From Candidatus Woesebacteria bacterium (GTDB lineage: Bacteria > Patescibacteriota > Microgenomatia > Woykebacterales > 2-01-FULL-43-14): a stretch of 64,000 bases of DNA. This document shows positions 9,193 to 18,728 of this stretch, one piece after another. The notes beneath the pieces were generated by a model that was not told the DNA's origin, did not search any database, and worked only from the letters and a program-made list of their open reading frames with translations. The translations under genes were made by a program, and so were the position numbers. The DNA lies in contig JAGVAV010000002.1 in NCBI GenBank assembly GCA_020060105.1, forward strand, positions 6,186-70,185. The letters are read 5' to 3'. Position 1 is the first letter of the stretch; every line of letters begins with the position of its first letter.

Positions 9193-11203
9193 TATTTAAA
9201 CCCTCCTCCTCTGATTTTTCTTCACTATTTGATTTTGTTATTATCTCCGGCTTTTTCCAACTCATCCAGTTACAGCCTGGATAATTACTACAACCAAAAA
9301 AATTCCTCCCGCGTCTAGTCCTCTTTATCACCACATCACCCCCGCAATTAGGACACAAAGCGTCGGCTTTTTTTTCATAATTTTTGGTATTCTTGCAATC
9401 CGGGTAACCCGAACACGCCAAGAACTTCCCAAATCTTCCATATTTTATTACCATCGGTCTTTTACATATGTCACAAATCTCTTCGGTTTCTTCTACGGGA
9501 ATTTCCACTCGTTGAGAAGACTCATAAACTTTTTCCAATTGTTCGCTGAAGGGTTCATAAAATTCCTTGATCACCGGTACCCAAGGTTTCTCCCCATTAG
9601 CGATGGCGTCCAACTGGTCCTCCATGCGGGCTGTGAATTCGGCATTGACAATATTTGAAAAATTATTAACCAAAAAGTCGTTTACTCCAACTCCTAAAGA
9701 AGTTGGCTGAAACTTTCCATCCAATCTTTCGACATAGTTTCTCTCTACAATTGTGGATAAGATTGGGGCATAAGTAGAAGGACGACCAACGCCTCTTTCT
9801 TCCAATGCTTTGATCAAACCCGCTTCGGTAAAACGCGGAGGAGGCTCAGTAAAATGTTGTTCTGGAAGAAGATTAATTAAATCTAGTTGCTCTCCGACTT
9901 TTAACTCTGGCAACTTTTGCGGCTCCTTTTCCTTCGAACCTTCCTCCTTTCTCTCTAAGATCAAGGCCCAACCTGAAAACTTTAACACAGAACCGTTAGC
10001 GCGAAAGATATAATCTTTCGCTTTAATATCCACGCTTGTTTGATCGTAAATCGCGTCAGCCATCTGACAAGCTAACGCATTTTGCCATATTAAATGGTAC
10101 AACTTGACATGATCTTTGGACAACTCATTTTGAAGAGAACTAGGCTCACTATGAATATAAGTGGGTCGGATGGCTTCATGGGCTTCTTGGGCTACCTTAG
10201 ACTTAGTTTTATACCGCCTCGGACCAACCGGCAGAAATTCTTTTCCAAACTTCTCGGTAATATACTCTCTGATCTGCCCAATCGCCAACTCAGAAAGGTT
10301 GAGAGAGTCCGTGCGATGATAAGAAATAAGCCCACGCTCATATAAATCCTGAGCTACTTTCATTGTTTTTTTGGAAGTAAACTTTAGTTTATTCGCCGCC
10401 GCCTGCTGTAAAGTAGAAGTTGTGAACGGAGGGTAGGGGCTCTTCTTCACTTCTCTTTTACCCACACGACTAACTTCATACGAGGCGTTCTTTAGATCTC
10501 CAACTACTTTTAACGCTTTTTCTTGTCCGCTTAATTTGATATTTTCATTTTTGTACTTAACTAATTCCGCTTTAAAAATACCCTCCTCACCTTTAGGCTG
10601 TTTCCTTAACAACGCCTCAACACTCCAATATTCCTCCGGCTGAAAAGCGTCTCGCTCTCTTTCCCTATCCACAATCAAACGTAAAGCAACTGATTGAACC
10701 CTTCCAGCCGAAAGTCCTTTTCTAACCTTATTCCATAAAAGTGGAGAGAGCTTGTATCCTACTAAGCGATCTAAAGCCCTCCTTGCTTGCTGGGCATCAA
10801 CTAGTCTTAAATTTATCATCCCTGGATGATCTAAAGCGTCTTTAACTGCTTTTTCCGTTATCTCGTGAAAAGTCACCCTCTTAATGGGGACTTTACTCTT
10901 TTCCTCTACCAATTGCGCAATATGCCAAGAAATTGACTCACCCTCTCGGTCAGGGTCCGTCGCTAAAAATATTTCTTTCGCTTTTCCTGATGCATTTATT
11001 ATTTCTTTTGTATGCTCTCTTTTATCTTTTGGCACTAAGTATTGAAGTTTGAAATCGCTCTCTACGTCTATACCTAACTTTGATTTAGGCAAATCTCTAA
11101 CGTGTCCATAAGAGGCAATAACCTGATAAGAACCACCTAAAAACTTAGAAAGAGTGGTCGCTTTAGTGGGAGATTCGACCACAATCAAATTTTTCTTTTG
11201 CAT
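9185..11203 (-). CDS. topA: DNA topoisomerase I
   Basis: IVESPTKA, ATDPDREGE, SAGRVQS, SYHRTDS, C-terminal Zn ribbons. Confidence 0.97.
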   Translation of the reverse strand: MQKKNLIVVESPTKATTLSKFLGGSYQVIASYGHVRDLPKSKLGIDVESDFKLQYLVPKDKREHTKEIINASGKAKEIFLATDPDREGESISWHIAQLVEEKSKVPIKRVTFHEITEKAVKDALDHPGMINLRLVDAQQARRALDRLVGYKLSPLLWNKVRKGLSAGRVQSVALRLIVDRERERDAFQPEEYWSVEALLRKQPKGEEGIFKAELVKYKNENIKLSGQEKALKVVGDLKNASYEVSRVGKREVKKSPYPPFTTSTLQQAAANKLKFTSKKTMKVAQDLYERGLISYHRTDSLNLSELAIGQIREYITEKFGKEFLPVGPRRYKTKSKVAQEAHEAIRPTYIHSEPSSLQNELSKDHVKLYHLIWQNALACQMADAIYDQTSVDIKAKDYIFRANGSVLKFSGWALILERKEEGSKEKEPQKLPELKVGEQLDLINLLPEQHFTEPPPRFTEAGLIKALEERGVGRPSTYAPILSTIVERNYVERLDGKFQPTSLGVGVNDFLVNNFSNIVNAEFTARMEDQLDAIANGEKPWVPVIKEFYEPFSEQLEKVYESSQRVEIPVEETEEICDICKRPMVIKYGRFGKFLACSGYPDCKNTKNYEKKADALCPNCGGDVVIKRTRRGRNFFGCSNYPGCNWMSWKKPEIITKSNSEEKSEEEGLNNG

Positions 11204-11218
11204 AAAAACCTCACGAGA

Positions 11219-12304
11219 TTATCTATTAATCACAAACATCATGTTACCTAAGTTTTTCACCTTACCTTTTATTTCCATCAAAGTCAAGGTCGAATTCACA
11301 ACATCCGTAGGTAATTTTGTCTCTTTAATCACCTGGTCTATCGTCTTAGCCCCGGAGGAAAGAATCTTTAAAATCGAGTCTTCCTCTGCGTTTTCTGGAA
11401 GAATAGAATCAGATTTGGAGTCTTTTACCGTTATATTCATTTCATCTATTATATCTTCTACACTAGTAACCAACTTCGCTCCGGCTTTAATCAAATCCGC
11501 TGGTCCTTTGGAAAGTTTGCTAAAGATAGGGCCTGGAACAGCGAAAACTTCCCGATTTTGATCAAGAGCTAAATTGGCTGTAATCAAAGAGCCGCTATCT
11601 TCCCCAGCTTCTGTTACCACCACCCCTCTTGATAAACCCGAAATGATCCTATTTCTCGCTGGAAAATTGCCAGCTAGTGGTTCAAAATTCGGAGGGAACT
11701 CTGATAGCAACACGCCGCCTCTAGCTATCTCTTCCGCTAGGGAATGGTTTTCTGGGGGATATATCCTGTTTAAACCACTGCCAAGGACGGCCAAGGTTCT
11801 TCCTCCACATTCGAGAGCTGTCTGGTGGGCTAACGAATCTACACCTCTTGCCAAGCCAGAAACTATAGTAAATCCATATCCCACTAACTCTTTTACTAAA
11901 TATCTGGTTACCTCTTTCCCATACACCGTGGCTTTCCTTGTGCCAACAACGGCTATTGCCAGATCATCTTCCGGTTTAATCTCACCTTTCAAAAAAATTA
12001 CAGGTGGAGGATCATAGATTTCCAGTAGTAAGCGGGGATAATCTTTATCCACGACTGTTATCACTTTAATACCCTGACTGATAATGCCTTCCAAATATCT
12101 ATCTGGTTCAATACTATTTCTATAGCGATCAAAGACCCAAGAAGCTTTTTCCCCAATCACTTTTGCCACATCCTCAATTCTAGCTTTCCAAACTAACTCC
12201 GGCGACTTGAAATAATCAATCAGTTCCTTAAAGCGAACTGGCCCAATTTGAGGCGCCCCGCTGAGGGCCACCCAAAAAGCAAGACTGTTAAAATTATTTG
12301 ACAT
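11219..12304 (-). CDS. dprA: DNA processing protein DprA
   Basis: AVVGTR, VSGLARGVD, FPARNRIISGLS, SGSLITA. Confidence 0.96.
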   Translation of the reverse strand: MSNNFNSLAFWVALSGAPQIGPVRFKELIDYFKSPELVWKARIEDVAKVIGEKASWVFDRYRNSIEPDRYLEGIISQGIKVITVVDKDYPRLLLEIYDPPPVIFLKGEIKPEDDLAIAVVGTRKATVYGKEVTRYLVKELVGYGFTIVSGLARGVDSLAHQTALECGGRTLAVLGSGLNRIYPPENHSLAEEIARGGVLLSEFPPNFEPLAGNFPARNRIISGLSRGVVVTEAGEDSGSLITANLALDQNREVFAVPGPIFSKLSKGPADLIKAGAKLVTSVEDIIDEMNITVKDSKSDSILPENAEEDSILKILSSGAKTIDQVIKETKLPTDVVNSTLTLMEIKGKVKNLGNMMFVINR

Positions 12305-14228
12305 TGAAATAATACTCCAAGATTTTTCTCGCTACAGGCGCGGCTACGCTTGAGCCTTCCCCACCGTTCTCAATAAAAACTGTAACCACAATTTCAGGCT
12401 CTTCATAGGGAGCAAAAACCGTAAACCACGCGTGAGGATCACTGCTCTCTCCTGTTTCCGCCGTTCCCGTCTTTCCGGCCACAGGAACTTTAAAATCAAA
12501 AAAGGGCCAAGCTGTTCCTCCAGAGACAACCGCTTCCCTCAACCCTTCCTTTAGAGTAGTCAAAGAATTGACGCTAACAAAATTCTCTCTGATTACTTCT
12601 GACCTAATTTTTTTAATCAAAGTCGGCTTTATAAGCTTGCCGCCATTAGCAACCACGCCCATCATTGCATTAACCTGCAGTGGAGTCGCCGTTAGGTCAC
12701 CTTGTCCAATTGACATGTTAATAGTGTTTCCCGGATACCACGGCTCCTTCAGTGTTTTTAACTTCCACTCCTCGTTGGGCACTAACCCTGAAGATTCCCC
12801 CAGCAAATCAACCCCCAGCTTCTCACCAAAACCAAAGAGACGAGCGAAATTTTCCAATGCCTTCTCCCCTATCCTTTCTCCAAGATGATAAAAAAAAGTA
12901 TCGTTTGAACGAGCGAGAGCCCTTACCACATCAATAAAGCCCTCCTTTTTCCCGTATTGAGTGTAGTACCAGTTTGTAAACCGATACTCTCCTAAAAAGA
13001 ATTCGCCGGTATCTTCTATCTTTGTCTCTTTAGATATTTTACCATTTTCTAATCCAGCCGCCGCCGTAACAACCTTAAAAGTGGAGCCAGGAGGATACGC
13101 GGCAGATACGGCTCTGTTTAGCATCGGTTTGTTTTTGTCATTCATTAATAAGTCATAGTCATCCCAGGAAATACCTTTTGCGAAGAGGTTATTATCATAA
13201 CTAGGTAAACTTATCATGCCTAATATCTCGCCAGTTTTAGGATTCTGAGCTACAACCACTCCCGCGCTAGACTTTACCTCTAACAGCTTATCCCGAAGAG
13301 CTTTTTCCATTTCCTTCTGCAGATCCAAATCTAAACTAAGTATCAGGTCCTCACCCGGAATTGGAGACACACTGGCTAAGACACCCGTTTTTTTCCCGTT
13401 TGCATCCACTTTAATTATTTCCTGGCCAGAAACTCCTCTAAGTATTTGCTCAAATGTCTTTTCAATTCCACTTACCCCCACCTTATCACCCGGACGGTAA
13501 TTAAAATGTTTGCTATTTGATAATTCCTCCTTGGAAATTTCACCAGTAAAACCAATAACGTGGGAAAGCAAGCTACCAAAGTTGTATTGGCGAACAGGAT
13601 CCACTTCTAAAGATACTCCCTTTAGCTCTCCTTCCATAGCTTCTATCTTTAACGCCACATCCCTGTTCACGCCGTCTTTAATAGTAAAGACTTCGTTACC
13701 AACGCTTTCAACCTTTTCTTTGACTTCCTCCTCACTTAATTCGAGTAATAAAGAAAGTTTGTTTGACAACGAAATTTTTTCTTCCATTGTTAGTGCAGAG
13801 CCGTCTAGGACAACGCGAAAAGCAGGAATATTACTGGCAAGCACATTGCCGTTACGATCGTAAACAACACCCCGAGGGGCATGGATTACCCGTGTTAGGG
13901 AGCGATTACCTTCCGAGGCACTAAGAAAGTTATGACCTTCAATAACTTGAAGCTGAACTAACCTGCTTGTTAAGAAAAAAATCGCGGTGAAGGTAAACAG
14001 ATATAAAGGTAGAATTCGCCAAACAGAGACTTTAAATTCCGGTTTAGAACCCCTAAGGTTACCCACAATAAAAACTTCTTGCCAAGAAGTAGAAAACCGA
14101 TCTTTCTCAGAGAAAAAACGGCGTCTAGACCGGTCAAATCGAACAACCATGTCAAAAAAAGCCTTGCCTAAAAAGGCTGGTTTTCTTCTAGCGTCTTTTC
14201 TAAAAATCCCCAGGTTTTTTTTCTCCAT
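12294..14228 (-). CDS. mrdA: Penicillin-binding protein 2
   Basis: PGSTFK (SxxK), SND, KTGTAE; lies in the mreBCD operon. Confidence 0.94.
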   Translation of the reverse strand: MEKKNLGIFRKDARRKPAFLGKAFFDMVVRFDRSRRRFFSEKDRFSTSWQEVFIVGNLRGSKPEFKVSVWRILPLYLFTFTAIFFLTSRLVQLQVIEGHNFLSASEGNRSLTRVIHAPRGVVYDRNGNVLASNIPAFRVVLDGSALTMEEKISLSNKLSLLLELSEEEVKEKVESVGNEVFTIKDGVNRDVALKIEAMEGELKGVSLEVDPVRQYNFGSLLSHVIGFTGEISKEELSNSKHFNYRPGDKVGVSGIEKTFEQILRGVSGQEIIKVDANGKKTGVLASVSPIPGEDLILSLDLDLQKEMEKALRDKLLEVKSSAGVVVAQNPKTGEILGMISLPSYDNNLFAKGISWDDYDLLMNDKNKPMLNRAVSAAYPPGSTFKVVTAAAGLENGKISKETKIEDTGEFFLGEYRFTNWYYTQYGKKEGFIDVVRALARSNDTFFYHLGERIGEKALENFARLFGFGEKLGVDLLGESSGLVPNEEWKLKTLKEPWYPGNTINMSIGQGDLTATPLQVNAMMGVVANGGKLIKPTLIKKIRSEVIRENFVSVNSLTTLKEGLREAVVSGGTAWPFFDFKVPVAGKTGTAETGESSDPHAWFTVFAPYEEPEIVVTVFIENGGEGSSVAAPVARKILEYYFNVK

Positions 14229-14229
14229 A

Positions 14230-14574
14230 TTATCGCCAAGCCATCAAAATCGTTAATTCTATCACCTTACTAGAAATAAACAAGCAAGCGATTAACAAAA
14301 TTAAAATAAAGGCTCTTCTCTTATTTAACCCAGTTTTGTTAAAAAAATAAAACACACTAAAGGCCACTAAATAACCCAGCAAGGATGTCCCTAGGGGAAA
14401 ATTAGTTAACAAATCCGTTATAAGACTTCCCACCACACCGAAATACACAGCGTCTTTAACTTGGCTTAGACTAAACCAGTATAATGAAATAATCACTATT
14501 AAATTAAGCGGAGCAATTGAAAGCTGTATCAGAGTAACGACAAACGCTGTGGTAAAAATCAACAAGTATTTCAT
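14230..14574 (-). CDS. mreD: MreD-like membrane protein
   Basis: Hydrophobic 114 aa protein between mreC and mrdA; GSLITDLL motif. Confidence 0.7.
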   Translation of the reverse strand: MKYLLIFTTAFVVTLIQLSIAPLNLIVIISLYWFSLSQVKDAVYFGVVGSLITDLLTNFPLGTSLLGYLVAFSVFYFFNKTGLNKRRAFILILLIACLFISSKVIELTILMAWR

Positions 14575-15365
14575 TTGAAAATAAAAACGTGGCTAAGGCG
14601 ACTATAATTAACCAAGGGTCTGACTACGGCTTCTTGAAAAATAGCCTTATCATCTTTCTTAACTTTCTCCACGGTTCCAACAACCAAACCACGAGGATAA
14701 CCACCCTCACCAGAAGTGATTACACTATCGCCTTCGGTTAAAGGTTCTTCCGGAAGAACCTTAGATAAAGACATCTCAGCTTGAAAACGCCCAGTTAGAA
14801 TTCCTCTAGCCTTTTGAACAGTAGTCACAGGAACTTTAGAATTTGGATCGATTAATAGCTCTATACTAGCCGATCTCGGTGAGGTACTAATTACCTTCCC
14901 TATCAAAATATCTCTTAATATCACAAAAGAGTCTCTTCTCACCCCTTCGTTTTCCCCCTTATCTACCAATAAATACCTCTCTTGTCCTATGGGGCCAAAA
15001 CCAATTACAGACGCCAGAATCATCTCCTTACTCGCGTTTTCTAGATTACCTATCCCTAATTGTTCTTTCAAAACTTTGTTTTCTTCAGTCAGCAACTTCA
15101 ACCGAGTAACTTCTGATACCAAATCCACATTCTCTTTCTTTAATTTAGAATTTTCCTCATGTAAGTTAACCGCGTCAAAAACAACTCCAAGCTTTGATGT
15201 TACCCCTTGGCTAAAACTGTAAAAACCATACTGCACTGGAACTAATACCGCTTGTAGAGGGTTCTTAATAAAACCTAAACCGTTCTGCCGGTCAAGAAAA
15301 ACTAGCAGAAGGACAAACAAAAAACCGACAACAAAATAGAACCTCCTCACCGTGCCCCTCCGCAA
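14571..15365 (-). CDS. mreC: Rod shape-determining protein MreC
   Basis: N-terminal TM, coiled coil, VDKG, VITSG..YPRGLVVG. Confidence 0.93.
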   Translation of the reverse strand: MRRGTVRRFYFVVGFLFVLLLVFLDRQNGLGFIKNPLQAVLVPVQYGFYSFSQGVTSKLGVVFDAVNLHEENSKLKKENVDLVSEVTRLKLLTEENKVLKEQLGIGNLENASKEMILASVIGFGPIGQERYLLVDKGENEGVRRDSFVILRDILIGKVISTSPRSASIELLIDPNSKVPVTTVQKARGILTGRFQAEMSLSKVLPEEPLTEGDSVITSGEGGYPRGLVVGTVEKVKKDDKAIFQEAVVRPLVNYSRLSHVFIFK

Positions 15366-16399
15366 ATCTTGATTCTTCTCAACAGAGATGCATTCTCCAA
15401 AACCTTACCCGCACCTCTCACAACGCAAGTTAAAGCATCCTCCGCCACTATCACAGGCATCTTGGTTTCTTTAGCCGTTAACTCTGCTACCCCTGGTAAA
15501 AGAGACCCACCGCCGGCCAAAGTAATCCCATTTTCCATAATATCCGAAACCAACTCGGGAGGAGTCTCTTCCAGAGTATCTTTTATTGCTTCGATAACTA
15601 CTCTCACTGTGTTAGACAAAGCCTCTCTTATTTCACCACTCGTCACTACAACGCTTGAAGGCAAACCAGAAGCCAAGTCTCGGCCTCGAATAGCAATTTT
15701 ACTTTCTTTATCCACTGGATAGGCAGAACCAATGCTTATTTTTATTTCTTCCGCTGTCCTCTCCCCCAGCAAAAGATTGTACCTGCTTCTCGCATAATTA
15801 ATAATGTCTTGATCCATTTCATCTCCCGCAACCCTAACCGAACGATTAATAACTATTCCCCCTAATGAGATTACGGCAATCTCTGTCGTCCCCCCACCAA
15901 TATCGACAATCATACTTCCTTTAGCCTCTTCAGTTGGAAGTCCGGCGCCAATGGCCGCGGCCATTGGCTCCTCAACTAAATACGCCTCTCGAGCCCCCGC
16001 TCTTATGGTGGCATCTTGTACTGCCCTTCTTTCAACTTCGGTTACTCCTGAGGGAATCCCAACCACTACTCTTGGACGAGGAATTTTAGGAATAATTGAA
16101 CGGCTCTCGTGGATTTTACTAACAAAATATTTAAGTAAAGATTCTGTTGCGTCAAAATCAGAAATTACCCCGTCTCTTAAAGGCCTTATCACGCTAATCA
16201 TGCTCGGTGTTTTCCCAATCATCCTTTTAGCCTCAGCACCCACCGCTAAAACCTGTCTCGTTTTTTTGTGTTGGGCAATTATCGTCGGTTCGCGTATTAG
16301 AATCCCCTTCCCTTTGACTAAAACTAAAGTATTCGCTGTTCCGAGATCAATCCCAACATCGTGAGACAAAGAAGATAAGAAACTATTAATAAAAAACAT
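15347..16399 (-). CDS. mreB: Rod shape-determining protein MreB
   Basis: [28 protein letters not shown]. Confidence 0.97.
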   Translation of the reverse strand: MFFINSFLSSLSHDVGIDLGTANTLVLVKGKGILIREPTIIAQHKKTRQVLAVGAEAKRMIGKTPSMISVIRPLRDGVISDFDATESLLKYFVSKIHESRSIIPKIPRPRVVVGIPSGVTEVERRAVQDATIRAGAREAYLVEEPMAAAIGAGLPTEEAKGSMIVDIGGGTTEIAVISLGGIVINRSVRVAGDEMDQDIINYARSRYNLLLGERTAEEIKISIGSAYPVDKESKIAIRGRDLASGLPSSVVVTSGEIREALSNTVRVVIEAIKDTLEETPPELVSDIMENGITLAGGGSLLPGVAELTAKETKMPVIVAEDALTCVVRGAGKVLENASLLRRIKICGGAR

Positions 16400-16478
16400 A
16401 AACCACCTTCTACGCTAAAAGTTTAACATTACCAATCTTCTTTCCGCAAGCACGGCTTTTGTGTTAAGATAAGTATTA

Positions 16479-18722
16479 ATGACAAGTTTAGTTTTTTTGT
16501 GTAACAAAATTATTGAATACAGTTTCTACGCCCTTTTCTTCCTCGTTCCTTTAATTTTTTCTCATCTAACCTATGAATTATTTGAATTCAATAAGATGCT
16601 TCTTGTCTACTTCATTTCTATCATCATAGCCGGCGCGTGGTTAATTAAGTCACTCGAAACGGAAACATTTTATTTAAAAAGAACTTTTCTAGATATTCCA
16701 ATTCTTTTGTTTCTAATAGCTAACATTCTTTCTACTATATTTTCGATTGACCCTTACACCAGCCTTTGGGGTTACTACACTCGGTTCAACGGAGGTCTAA
16801 TTTCAACAATTTTCTATATTTTCCTCTATTACGCCTTTGTAAGTAACATTAAACCTAGTAAAGTATTAAAGATGATCTATGTTTCCGTGATCTCAGCGGC
16901 TGTAGTGTCGTTTTGGGGAGCACTAGCCTTTTTTGGGCGCGACCCGTCTTGTCTGTTAATTAACGGCGATTTTGGAACAAGTTGCTGGAATAAGCTTTTC
17001 AATCCCACGGTAAGAGCCTTTTCAACTATTGGACAATTCAATTGGTTAGCCGCATTTATCGCAATGATTCTACCTATTAGCGTATCTTTGATGATAATTT
17101 CTCAACCATTTTACAAAAAGATCCGTTATCTATCAGTTAGTTCTCTTATGTACCTTACCTTCACCCTGGCATACTCGAGAGGAGCAACGATCGGCCTAGC
17201 GGCAGGATTGCTTGTCTTTTTCTTACTTGCCGGCCTAGATAAAGTAAGAAAATATTGGAAAGGATTAATTGCTTCAGGAACAGTTGGATCAGCAGCAAGT
17301 TATTTTATCTTTACCTCTGTTTTCCTTAAGAACTCTTTTGATTGGGTATGGTTATCTGCTTTACTGATTATTGGGGCAGTGGGTGGTTTGTTTATCTTTG
17401 TTTTCTTCAACGCTTTATCCGTCCTAAAAGGAAATCGAAAGTGGCTTATCGTTTTGGCAATCGCCTTCCTTATCATCAATGTCCTTGCCAGCAACGCCTT
17501 CTCTCATAGACCCGTAAAAGTCAGTAATGTGACAACCGAAAGTGTTGGAACTGGTGGGGAGACAGACTCTGGACAAAATAGATTGGTTGTTTGGAAAGGA
17601 GCCTTAGACATTGCTAAAAACTTCCCTATCCTGGGCTCAGGGGTAGAGACTTTCGCCTACTCTTATTACCAATTTAGACCAGAAGAACATAACTTAGCTG
17701 GATCAGAATGGGATGTTTTATTTAATAAAGCCCACAACGAATACTTGAACTACCTTTCCACAACGGGGATCGTTGGGGTAATTACGTATTTAGCCCTTAT
17801 AATAATGTTTTATATCGCCACAATAAAACTATTCCTTAAAGAAAGTTCTGGAAGTAACAAGTTGATAATCGCAGCTTTTTTATCGGGCTATACTAGCTAC
17901 TTAGTTCAGAACACATTTAGCTTCTCTGTTGTACCAATCGCTTTGTTGTTTTATCTTTTTCCTGCCTTAATCATTAACCTGAGTGGAAATAAAAAAGACC
18001 AGAATAACCCACAACTTCAAATAAACATTAAACTTTTACCGGGTTCAATCCGCGCTCTTTATAGAAGAAGGGTGTTTCAGGTTACTATAGCTGTTATTAT
18101 TGTGTACGCCCTCCTTAAGATTGTTAACATTTGGCAAGCAGACGTTTCTTATGCAAAAGGTGTTCGACAGGGAGATTACCTCTCATTAGAAAGAGCGGTA
18201 AATTTAAACCCAGCAGAGCCAACTTATCGAATCGGATTAAGTTATCTACTGGCAGTAATGGCCAACAAAGAAGAAGACCCCCAGAAAAAGAAAGAGTTAG
18301 TTTTACGGACTGTAAATGAGGGAGAAAACGCCGTAAAAGCCAGCCCTCATAACGTAAGTCTCTGGAGAAATTTGGTAAGAACTTATTACGAGCTCTCCCA
18401 AATCGACAGCAGCTTTCTAAATAACGCTCTTGAAGCAGCGCTAAAAGCCGTCTCCCTGGCCCCAACTGATGCCAGAACACACCTCACCTTAGGCTTAGCT
18501 TATAAAGAAGCGAATTTATTAAACGAAGCTGCCCAAACTTTTCAAAAGACTATTGAGCTTAAGGCCGATTTCGCGGAAGCTTATTACCATCTTGCCTTAA
18601 CCTATCAACAACAAGAAGAAAAAGAAAAGGCAGTTAAGGTTCTGGAAAAATTTCTTAATTTATTCCCAGGTCAAAAAGAAAGCGTAAACAAGTTAATAGA
18701 AGAAATAAAAGGATCTAAATAA
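16479..18722 (+). CDS. O-antigen ligase/O-oligosaccharyltransferase family membrane protein with C-terminal TPRs
   Basis: Many TMs, YSRGA, R..VWKGA..PILGSG, AHNEYL (Wzy_C-type), TPR-like helices at the C-terminus. Confidence 0.85.
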   Translation: MTSLVFLCNKIIEYSFYALFFLVPLIFSHLTYELFEFNKMLLVYFISIIIAGAWLIKSLETETFYLKRTFLDIPILLFLIANILSTIFSIDPYTSLWGYYTRFNGGLISTIFYIFLYYAFVSNIKPSKVLKMIYVSVISAAVVSFWGALAFFGRDPSCLLINGDFGTSCWNKLFNPTVRAFSTIGQFNWLAAFIAMILPISVSLMIISQPFYKKIRYLSVSSLMYLTFTLAYSRGATIGLAAGLLVFFLLAGLDKVRKYWKGLIASGTVGSAASYFIFTSVFLKNSFDWVWLSALLIIGAVGGLFIFVFFNALSVLKGNRKWLIVLAIAFLIINVLASNAFSHRPVKVSNVTTESVGTGGETDSGQNRLVVWKGALDIAKNFPILGSGVETFAYSYYQFRPEEHNLAGSEWDVLFNKAHNEYLNYLSTTGIVGVITYLALIIMFYIATIKLFLKESSGSNKLIIAAFLSGYTSYLVQNTFSFSVVPIALLFYLFPALIINLSGNKKDQNNPQLQINIKLLPGSIRALYRRRVFQVTIAVIIVYALLKIVNIWQADVSYAKGVRQGDYLSLERAVNLNPAEPTYRIGLSYLLAVMANKEEDPQKKKELVLRTVNEGENAVKASPHNVSLWRNLVRTYYELSQIDSSFLNNALEAALKAVSLAPTDARTHLTLGLAYKEANLLNEAAQTFQKTIELKADFAEAYYHLALTYQQQEEKEKAVKVLEKFLNLFPGQKESVNKLIEEIKGSK

Positions 18723-18728
18723 TAAACT

